Shown one piece after another: positions 1 to 8,100 of a stretch of 12,513 nucleotides of DNA (positions are counted from its first letter, which is position 1; the number at the start of each line of letters is the position of its first letter). The notes beneath the pieces were generated by a model that did no database searches, was not told where the DNA came from, and worked only from the letters and a program-made list of their open reading frames with translations. Source of the DNA: Flavobacteriales bacterium (GTDB lineage Bacteria > Bacteroidota > Bacteroidia > Palsa-965); contig JBEIPA010000053.1 in NCBI GenBank assembly GCA_040377305.1, forward strand, positions 1 through 12,513. Reading direction: 5' to 3'. The position numbers were made by a program, and so were the translations under genes.

Positions 1-1
1 A

Positions 2-73
2 AAACAGGTAAAGCACTGAATCGGTCTCTAGGCTCGAATCCTAGAGTAAACTGTTAGGTAGCTTTACCTGTTT
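2..73. repeat. Nested inverted repeat / long hairpin, candidate structured RNA element
   Basis: Perfect 13-bp IR AAACAGGTAAAGC (2-14) / GCTTTACCTGTTT (61-73) enclosing a perfect 7-bp hairpin CTCTAGG (26-32) - CTCGAAT - CCTAGAG (40-46). May be truncated by the window edge. Confidence 0.75.
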
Positions 74-178
74 AGCTTTTTGTTGGCAAGTTCTGAATTA
101 ACCACAAGTCTAAAGGAGTAACCACGAAAGTCGATGGCGTCGGTTCGAAATAAATATCGGCGTACCGAGGGATGAGAA

Positions 179-1777
179 CTAAGAACCGAGGGCGCTAAGC
201 GCTGCCAGAATCACAGGATCTTCGTCATTCCACGTTGGGAAGTAACCGATATCGCCGAACATGATGCGCGCTGCGAAGCTCTTCATGTAGCGACGAATGA
301 GTTTGTCGCTTTGTCTTTGCGCAGCTGGATCTGCTTTCACTTTGTTCTGCTCTGCAACTTTGTAAAAACTGTTGATGTGCGAATCGGTCACCGCATAATC
401 TGCACGGAATTTATCGAAGCCCGATTTTTCCCACTGCTTGCCTTCGTTCGATTTAAAATCGAGCGACCACAAAGTGAAAACATCTGCATAGTACAGATCG
501 TTCAGGTATTCTGAATTTCCGGATGTGTCGAGCGGAACAAAAATATCAGGCATAATTCCACCGCCACCATACACGATTTTTCCTTTCGGTGTTTTGAACT
601 TCAGTGAATCCGGAAAGCGAATACTATCGGCATGCAGTAATTCTCCGCTCTTGTAGCGACGCATTGCATCCTGTTCGTAATCGTCAATACCGTGCGCATA
701 CGATTTCTGAATTGAACGGCCGGTTGGTGTGTAGTATCGAGCAATTGTCAAACGGAATGCGGAGCCATCAGACAGTTGTTCTTCTGTTTGCACCAAACCT
801 TTACCGAATGAACGGCGTCCGATGATCATACCACGGTCGTTATCCTGAATTGCTCCTGCTACAATTTCGCTTGCAGATGCTGAGTTTTCGTCAATGAGAA
901 CAACGAGTTCAATTTTCTCGAGCGTTCCTTTTCGGGTAGCAATCTCTTTTACTTCTCCGTCTGAACGACCTTTTGTGTAAACGATCATCTGGCCTTCCGG
1001 CAAAAACTCATCGCTGATCTTGATTGCAATGTCGAGAAGTCCGCCGCCGTTTCCGCGCAAATCGAAAACGAGTTTTTTCATTCCCTGCTCGCGCAAGGTA
1101 TCTGCAGCACGCATGAATTCGTCGTACGATGTTTCACCAAAGCGTGTGAGGCGAATATATCCTGTGTTCGCATTCAGCATATATTGAGATTCAACACTGA
1201 AAATGGGAATACTTCCGCGCGTAATTTTCACCATTTGCGGTCCTGATTTTCCTGCGCGCACGTATGAGACATTCACAACCGAACCCATAGCTCCGCGCAA
1301 TCTGCGTTTCACAATTTGCTCCCGCGCGCTATCGCCGGTGATATTTATTCCGTCGGCAGCAACAAGACGATCTCCAACGAGAAGTCCGGACTGCTGTGCC
1401 GGTCCTCCGCGAATTACATTTACTACCACAACTGTATCGTGAATGATATTATACTCTACTCCTACTCCGGAGAAATTTCCCTGAAGCGGTTCATTCATTT
1501 CTACCACCTGTTCTGCGGTGTAATATCCTGAGTGCGGATCGAGGTGCTGGAGAATGTCGACGAGTGAACGATCGATGAGGTCACTGGTGTTCACTGTGTC
1601 GACGTAGTTTTTCTCCACGTAGCCAAGTACCGCTTTGATTTTGTCGTAAGGAGAAATCTCACCGCTTTGTGGCGAGCCGGGAGAAATCACGGTGCCAATA
1701 AGAATTCCAATGCCGATGCACATTCCGCACATTAACGGAATCCACGCTGCTAAACGGTTCACGTTGTTCTCTGACAT
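179..1777 (-). CDS. ctpA: S41 family carboxyl-terminal processing protease (CtpA/Prc-like) with N-terminal membrane anchor and PDZ domain
   Basis: 532 aa. N-terminal hydrophobic helix, LDPHS motif, PDZ-type FSGVGV, DLRGNGGG, catalytic-Ser motif SASASEIVAGAIQD, Lys motif SFGKGLVQ, and RYYTPTGRSIQ. Confidence 0.95.
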   Translation of the reverse strand: MSENNVNRLAAWIPLMCGMCIGIGILIGTVISPGSPQSGEISPYDKIKAVLGYVEKNYVDTVNTSDLIDRSLVDILQHLDPHSGYYTAEQVVEMNEPLQGNFSGVGVEYNIIHDTVVVVNVIRGGPAQQSGLLVGDRLVAADGINITGDSAREQIVKRRLRGAMGSVVNVSYVRAGKSGPQMVKITRGSIPIFSVESQYMLNANTGYIRLTRFGETSYDEFMRAADTLREQGMKKLVFDLRGNGGGLLDIAIKISDEFLPEGQMIVYTKGRSDGEVKEIATRKGTLEKIELVVLIDENSASASEIVAGAIQDNDRGMIIGRRSFGKGLVQTEEQLSDGSAFRLTIARYYTPTGRSIQKSYAHGIDDYEQDAMRRYKSGELLHADSIRFPDSLKFKTPKGKIVYGGGGIMPDIFVPLDTSGNSEYLNDLYYADVFTLWSLDFKSNEGKQWEKSGFDKFRADYAVTDSHINSFYKVAEQNKVKADPAAQRQSDKLIRRYMKSFAARIMFGDIGYFPTWNDEDPVILAALSALGS

Positions 1778-1778
1778 A

Positions 1779-2249
1779 TTACTTTGAATAGCGTGTAACT
1801 TCTACACCGAACTTGCGAAGGAAATCGACACCTTCATCTGATGGGATTCCTTTGAACTCTGCATACGAATCTTTGTAAATCACTTTCTTGATTCCCGTGG
1901 AGTAAATAATTCGCGCGCAGGAAATGCACGGAGAAAGAGTAACATACAATGTGCAGTGTTCAATAGGCACATTGTTTTTCGAAGCGTAGAGAATTGCATT
2001 CATCTCAGCATGCAACGCCAGTGAACAACTTCCCTTGCTGTCGCGGGGACAACCTTCAGTCGGCCATTCAATATCACAATTGTGAGTTCCTGCCGGCGGA
2101 CCATTGTAACCTAAAGAAATAATACGTGTGTCTTTCGTGAGTACTGCACCAACTTTCGCTTTTACGCAGTGCGAACGCAAGGCAAGACTACCTGCGAGGT
2201 CCATGTAAATTTCATCGAAAGAAGGACGGGGTGATTTTACTTCAGCCAT
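1779..2249 (-). CDS. dCMP deaminase family (ComEB-like) zinc-dependent deaminase
   Basis: 156 aa. RSHC..KVGAVL, GYNG, HAE (Zn ligand and catalytic Glu), PCISC Zn motif. Its stop codon is 1 nt from the protease ATG (TAA-T-ATG). Confidence 0.93.
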   Translation of the reverse strand: MAEVKSPRPSFDEIYMDLAGSLALRSHCVKAKVGAVLTKDTRIISLGYNGPPAGTHNCDIEWPTEGCPRDSKGSCSLALHAEMNAILYASKNNVPIEHCTLYVTLSPCISCARIIYSTGIKKVIYKDSYAEFKGIPSDEGVDFLRKFGVEVTRYSK

Positions 2250-2257
2250 TGGGAAGA

Positions 2258-2265
2258 CAAATATA
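2258..2265 (-). promoter_or_regulatory. Bacteroidota housekeeping sigma -7 element (TAnnTTTG) for the deaminase-protease operon
   Basis: Minus strand reads TATATTTG, an exact consensus match, ending 8 nt before the ATG at 2249. No clear -33 TTTG at the expected spacing. Confidence 0.6.
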
Positions 2266-2323
2266 CTACAGTCGGCAGTTAGGTGATACGACAGTTGGCA
2301 GTCAAAAAGGGAATTTTGGGAAA

Positions 2324-3073
2324 TTATTCCTTGAAAAACTGCTGTTTGGATTGAGCCGTTGCTTCAAACATGCAATCGTTCTGACGGTAAATCAATGTAA
2401 ACCGAATAGGCGCATCAAGTTCTTCGTTGACATTGGGCATGTCTTCATAGTTCATGTGCGTGTACACAATTGAAAGGGTGTCATTGTGCAATTCCCATCT
2501 GCCGAGATAGTTCTTCTCCCAAGGTGCGTTACCTCGCGGGCGTTCGGTATAATCGACAAGTCCACTGCTGTGGAGAAGCATTGTTTCGATAACATCATCT
2601 CCCCGTGAAATGTAATAGCCGGATACGCCGCTTATTCCGGTACAACTAATACTATCGAGTGAACGATAATACCCATAAAGGTCAAAATCCTTTCTGAAGA
2701 ACATTCCGTTGTAGTAGTCAAGAAGAATATGTCCGGCGCCGGGATAATATTCTCCGTTGTATGAATTGATCTCCATCAAAATTTCCGGTGCTGAATCGTT
2801 GTCGTAATTTTTGATGTTGAATTTATCGGGGTATGAATCGTCGACACCCATCACATAACCGCCGTCCATGTCATCTTCGTAGCTCCATATCTGTTTATCG
2901 TGACTGGTCTTGATACGAATGTGATAACAGCAGTGCGCACCACCCGTATATTCGAAATAAATGGAATCGTTTTTTCCATCGAGATCAAAGTCCCATTTTT
3001 CAAGAAAGTCTTGTGCGCACGCGGTCTGAGACAGCATCAAACACAAGGCGAGTAGAGTTCGGTTGATTAGCAT
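2324..3073 (-). CDS. Secreted hypothetical protein with DxDxDG-type loops and a TGGAHCC motif
   Basis: 249 aa. Signal peptide MLINRTLLALCLMLSQTACA|Q, then DFDLDGKND, YTGGAHCC and NYDNDSAPEI, followed by a beta-rich C-terminal part (GRWELHNDTLSI). Confidence 0.8.
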   Translation of the reverse strand: MLINRTLLALCLMLSQTACAQDFLEKWDFDLDGKNDSIYFEYTGGAHCCYHIRIKTSHDKQIWSYEDDMDGGYVMGVDDSYPDKFNIKNYDNDSAPEILMEINSYNGEYYPGAGHILLDYYNGMFFRKDFDLYGYYRSLDSISCTGISGVSGYYISRGDDVIETMLLHSSGLVDYTERPRGNAPWEKNYLGRWELHNDTLSIVYTHMNYEDMPNVNEELDAPIRFTLIYRQNDCMFEATAQSKQQFFKE

Positions 3074-3222
3074 TAGCTTAAGTTGCCGGAGCGTGTCATC
3101 TCCACTGGAGATTCCGCTTTAAATGTAATTCAACTGCGCCAAATGTCTACACCCTGTGGAATCAAATCCACATCAGGTGTATATAATTTGCGGATTCCTT
3201 TCGTATTTCGCACGCTCGCGAT

Positions 3223-3237
3223 TGGCGTACCATTTGA
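3223..3237 (+). promoter_or_regulatory. Possible sigma54-like -24/-12 element upstream of the pseudo-receiver gene
   Basis: TGGCGTACCATTTGA has GG-N10-GA spacing versus the canonical TGGCAC-N5-TTGC, about 30 nt upstream of ATG 3267. Imperfect match. Confidence 0.25.
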
Positions 3238-3266
3238 TCAGTCTAGTACACTTAGACTTTATCGAG

Positions 3267-4106
3267 ATGAAGAGCCGGAGAATATTGTTTGTGAATAGCG
3301 AGCCCCTGGAGATAGAAACAATGCGTGACGTTGTAAATCGTATGGGTGGTGATGTTGAACTATTGATTGCCCACAACGGACGTGAAGCACTCGACATGCT
3401 TATGGGAGCGAACCCTGCTCAAGGCAGACCTAATATGATAGTGGCGAGCACACTCCTGACAGACATGAGCGCTTTCGAATTGTTCAGCATTGTGAGGAAG
3501 TATTATAGTCTGGTAAATCTGAAATTTCTTCTTCTCACCGACCGTGCTTCAACTACGGATTCTTCCAATGATCCTTTTCAGGTTGATGGGTATTTGCATC
3601 GTCCGTTACGTGCAGATCAGGCAACTGTTGAACAGCTATCTTATTATGCAGGCGGAGCCAATCAAACTCAGTTTGCTCTGTTAAGTGGATTGAGTTTTCA
3701 CACCGGATTTGGTTCTGCTGTCAAGACGAAGCTGCTCGCAATTAAAGGAATGTTGTCTGCAACGAAAATTGCAATTGGATTGGCTTGCATTGTTGTACCG
3801 GGTGTTATTGCTGTATCGTCTTTCAATGAAGATAATCCGAAAAGCACATTAAGAAATTCCGGGATAATTTCACCACTTCCGGAGACAGTTCAAACACACA
3901 TGGAGTTGAAGGAAGTGAAGCGCGAAGCAGAGCCTGTATTGATTGCTTCGGATGAGGCGGCTCCAAATTCTGTGATGTCCGAATCTTTGGTGGTGTTCAC
4001 GGATACAACAACAATTGCCGAAATCGTTCCTGAGGAAGATTCTACCGAATACCCGAAGACATTCAGTATTGGTGTGAGAGAGAGTAGCGGAACGAAAAAA
4101 CCCTGA
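3267..4106 (+). CDS. Atypical (pseudo-)response-regulator receiver domain + transmembrane helix + acidic C-terminal tail
   Basis: Likely start is ATG 3267 (MKSRRILFVNSEP, 279 aa) rather than GTG 3156. Receiver pattern ILFV..AHNGREALDML..PNMIVAS..DMSAFEL..LLLT..VDGYLHRP. Hydrophobic segment IAIGLACIVVPGVIAVSSF, then an E/D/S/T/P-rich tail. Confidence 0.8.
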   Translation: MKSRRILFVNSEPLEIETMRDVVNRMGGDVELLIAHNGREALDMLMGANPAQGRPNMIVASTLLTDMSAFELFSIVRKYYSLVNLKFLLLTDRASTTDSSNDPFQVDGYLHRPLRADQATVEQLSYYAGGANQTQFALLSGLSFHTGFGSAVKTKLLAIKGMLSATKIAIGLACIVVPGVIAVSSFNEDNPKSTLRNSGIISPLPETVQTHMELKEVKREAEPVLIASDEAAPNSVMSESLVVFTDTTTIAEIVPEEDSTEYPKTFSIGVRESSGTKKP

Positions 4107-4413
4107 TCAACCAAGTGTTTTCTTGCGCCGCATAACATTTTTGTCAGCTAAAGATCACGACTGCATGTGCAGTTCCCCTTTCATGGCATGATATTCTTTC
4201 TCACCTATTCTTTGCAATGTGTGTCGTTTCACCCCATATAGTTCCCCAAGTAGTTTCACTTTATCCGCAGCGTATCGAAGAAAAAAAATAAAATAATTCT
4301 AACGCGGCAATGAGTGCTGTGTATTGTGTAAGTTCTTTTCGAAGAAGTATAACACCCAACTTTTAAAACCAGCGTTACTTTGCTGAGTAAAATAAACACT
4401 TAAAAAAAAGGAA

Positions 4414-5028
4414 ATGAAATCACTTAGTATTATACCTATCGCAACAGGTTTACTCACTTGCGCAATGATTTTCGGTTCATGTAAAGACGAGCAAATTGTT
4501 GGTCCGGCTGGACCTGCAGGCTCTAACGGTTATGTACCGGTATCGACAGACGGATTTATCCGCGGAAATGTTTCAGGCACACGCCAGGATGGAACTCCAT
4601 TCAATGAAACATTTGATTACGTTAACTACTGGGGAACTCCATCGGCAACGCTTGACAGCATGAGCCCTGCGAGTTTCAATTTCGAAATAGCACGTGCATC
4701 TGATATTTTCGGTAACAATGGAGCGGGTCTAACAGTGAACACTGTAGCTAAGAACTCTTCAACCGGAACAATCAGCATGGACTATTTTAGTTTCTCGAAA
4801 TCGATTGGAACGAACCAGATGTTCTCGTTTGAACTTACAGGTTCAGCTTCTTCAACCATCACTGGTTTGCAGTATAACATGAGTACTGGTTTGTTCACGG
4901 GTAACTTCTCGTTTACATTGACTGGTCTTCAGAATACTACAGGTAACGCTGCAACAATCAGCGGTAACTTCGAAGCTACAGTTACTCAGATGTACCACAT
5001 GCAACAATTGTCAACTGAATACAACTAA
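4414..5028 (+). CDS. Putative surface lipoprotein with short collagen-like Gly-X-Y stretch
   Basis: 204 aa. Lipobox FGS-C23 followed by KDE, then GPA-GPA-GSN-G. The remainder is T/S/G/N/F-rich and beta-strand-like. A-rich leader directly before the ATG. Confidence 0.85.
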   Translation: MKSLSIIPIATGLLTCAMIFGSCKDEQIVGPAGPAGSNGYVPVSTDGFIRGNVSGTRQDGTPFNETFDYVNYWGTPSATLDSMSPASFNFEIARASDIFGNNGAGLTVNTVAKNSSTGTISMDYFSFSKSIGTNQMFSFELTGSASSTITGLQYNMSTGLFTGNFSFTLTGLQNTTGNAATISGNFEATVTQMYHMQQLSTEYN

Positions 5029-5066
5029 GCGCAGAATACGCGTTCAGTAAAATTCAACTGATTTTT

Positions 5067-5114
5067 AACTCGAGTGCCCTGTTGGTGATTTCACTGGCAG
5101 GGCACTTGAGTTTT
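5067..5114 (+). terminator. Intrinsic terminator of the lipoprotein gene, between convergent genes
   Basis: Arms AACTCGAGTGCCCTGTTGGTGA (5067-5088) and TCACTGGCAGGGCACTTGAGTT (5091-5112) pair fully on the + strand with 4 G-U wobbles. The stem ends in the TTTT at 5111-5114. Confidence 0.8.
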
Positions 5115-5124
5115 ATTCAATCGA

Positions 5125-8100
5125 TTAGCCGATACGCACACCGATTACGCATACGTCATCAATCTGTTCAAGGCCGCCTTTCCAATCGTCAAATACACTT
5201 TTTAGCTGTTGTTTTTGTTGAATCATTGGTTCGTTTGCGATGGAAATGAGTAGCTCTTTCAATTGCTTATACATGAACTTCTTTCCTTTCGGTCCGCCGA
5301 ACTGATCGGGCATTCCGTCTGTGAATGTGTACACCACATCTCCTTTTTCCAATGCAACTGTGTGCTGGGTAAAAAGAACAGTGTCGTTGTTGTGCTTACC
5401 AACAGGCATTTTATCGGGACTGTATTCAAGCAGTTTACCGTTTCTTAAAATCCATACCGGATTGTTTGCAGCTGCATACGTTAAAGTGCGTCCTTCGAAG
5501 TTGAAACTAATGAGGCTGCAATCCATGCCATCTCTTCCTCCTTCGCGACTTCCGTCTTTTTTCAATCGGTCAATAATGATGGAACGGGTACTATTCAAAA
5601 TGGCCGCCGGTTCTGTTTCGGTCATTATCGACTTTTCAAGCGAAGAAATATTCAGCAAACTCATAATTGCGCCGGGCACGCCATGTCCTGTACTGTCCGC
5701 TGTTGCCAACAGGAATTGGACACCATTGCTATTCTCTACCTTCGATGCCCAATAGAAATCGCCACTCACAACATCTTTCGGCTGGAAGAACACGAAATAG
5801 TCTTTCAGATTTTCATCCAACAGTTCTTTTGTTGCCATAAAGCTGCGCTGGATACGTTCCGCATAATTTATACTGTCCGTTATCTCCCGGTGTTTTTCTT
5901 CAATTTCATTTTTCTGTGCTTCCACGAGCACATTTTTCTGTTCTACAATTTTCTTTTCCGCTACAACCTCCGCAGTTCGTTCTTCAACTGTCTGTTCCAG
6001 AATTTCTTTTTCAATTCTTAAGTTTCTTTCGCGACGCTTGATGTACAGCCAGATTCCAGCGAGAATAAAAACGACAACTCCTGTTCTGAACCACCACGTT
6101 TGCCACCAGGGTGGACGCACTACGAAAGCAAATTCAACCGGTTCACTCCAAACGCCGCTCTGATTCATCGCCTTTACGACGAAGGTGTAGCTACCGCTTG
6201 GTAAATTGCCATACGGGGCTTCAGTGCGTTCGGTAATTGAACTCCAGTCAGGATCAAACCCCTCCAATTTATATTGGTACCTGATGTGATTGCGACTCTG
6301 CATGTGCACACCAATGAAATTAAAAGTGAGGTTGTTGTTATTGTAAGGCAGGCTTAGGTGCTCAGGTAAATTGTTCCATCGCGTGAGTCCATCAAATTGT
6401 ATGTCCTTCAGAAGAATTCCATTGGAAAGCAGCGTGTCATTAATCGTACCGATTACAACTTCCTCTCCTGTGCTATCCGTGACAACTGCATTCAGCTGTG
6501 ACCACGCGATTGCTTCACTGAACAGATTCACGCTTGTGAGATTTACAACAGGTGCTGTTGTGTCTGTAATATCACCATTCGGATCATAACAGGTAAGCAC
6601 ATCTGTTCCCCACCAGATTCGTCCTTTGCTGTCCTGCAGCACAGAATTTTTGCGGCAATTCAATCCTAAAAATCCATCGTTGTAACCGTAGTTGTAGAAC
6701 AGGGCTTCTTTGACAGGATCAAAATTATTTCCTGGTTGCGTAAGATCTGTTCCTGACAAACGCAGCAATTTATTTTTTGAAAGTTTACTCAGACCCTTTC
6801 TTGTCCCGAACCAGATGTTGCCTTCTGCATCTTGCATGATATTAAGAACAGCATTGTTGCTTAGACCTTCCTTCTCCGTGAAATGTGTAAAGTACTTGCC
6901 GTCGTAACGGCATACACCGTCGCTATTAGTTCCGAACCATATATTCCCGTCATTGTCTACCAGCATCGACAACACAGCCCCATCAGTCAATCCTTCTTTT
7001 GCTGTGAAATTCGTAAATGCTTTTCCGCTCGTGTCATTCGGATTGTAACGGGAAACTCCACCCTGTGTTCCGAACCAGAAATTTCCGTCTCTGTCTTCCC
7101 GGATACAATACACGAACTCATTCACGAGACCTTGTGTTTTATCAAAATAAGTCATGGAGTGAAAACCGGATCCCGAAGTGGATGCATTGTACCGCGTTAC
7201 TCCTCCTCCGTTTCCACCGAACCAGATATTGCCGGCCCGGTCTTCGATCATCGAAAGATTTGTGGTGCTGAAACCTTCCTTCTCTCCAAACCAGGTAAAT
7301 GATTTTCCATTGGGTTCATCCGCATCGTAACGGCAGACTTGTCCTTCATTGTCGAACCAGAGAATTCCGCTTCTGTCTTCGATGATTTCGCTAACAGAAT
7401 ACAACCCGCTCTCCTCAGAGAAATTGGAAAACGTATATCCATCATAGCGACACACACCCGTTCTATCTGTACCAAACCATAAGTTGCCCGATTTATCTTC
7501 TGCAATACCGTATATCACATTCGAGGACAAGCCCTCATTCTGCGTAAAAGTTGAAAATGCTTTTCCATCATAACGAGACACTCCACCCCCATTCGTCCCA
7601 ATCCAGAGATTGCCGGTCTTGTCTTCAAACAAACTCAAAACTGTATTATGACTTAAACCTTCGCGGTCCGTAAAATTTGTAAATGTTTTTACTTCGCGCG
7701 CCGAATCATTTGCGGAAACTTCATAGCGGGAAACTCCGCCATTCGTACCAAACCAGATTCTCTGCACTCCTGCAGGCGTATTTTTCTCTTCCATCATGGT
7801 CACAATTACGCTGTGCACGAGACCCTCATTTTGAGAAAAACAGGTAAACTCCTTATTCGTGGCGTAACGACAAGCTCCTCCATTGGTACCAAACCACATG
7901 TTGCCGGCATTATCTTCGAGAACACTATAGACCACGTTGTTCAGCAATCCTTGCTCCTCAGTAAAATGTGTAAACGATTTACCATCGAAACAACTCACTC
8001 CGCTTCCATTCGTAGCACACCAGAGATTACCAGCTTTATCCTGACACATACTATGTATCCCGTCGCTGGACATTCCCTCACTTTGCGCATAACCGGTAAA

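Noticed and set aside
26-46. tRNA gene or tmRNA 3' end suggested by GGCTCGAATCC
   Set aside because: No acceptor, D or anticodon arms and no CCA could be built around it on either strand. Kept only as a T-loop-like hairpin.
113-175. AAGGAG followed by a 13-codon ORF MASVRNKYRRTEG (134-175)
   Set aside because: The SD-to-ATG spacing of 15 nt is too long, Bacteroidota rarely use SD sequences, and there is no other coding evidence.
311-1531. Short + strand ORFs antisense to the S41 protease
   Set aside because: They lie fully inside a well-supported gene and have no recognisable motifs. Treated as shadow ORFs.
3156-3266. N-terminal extension of the receiver ORF from GTG 3156
   Set aside because: The receiver fold begins right after ATG 3267, and the extension overlaps the probable divergent promoter region.
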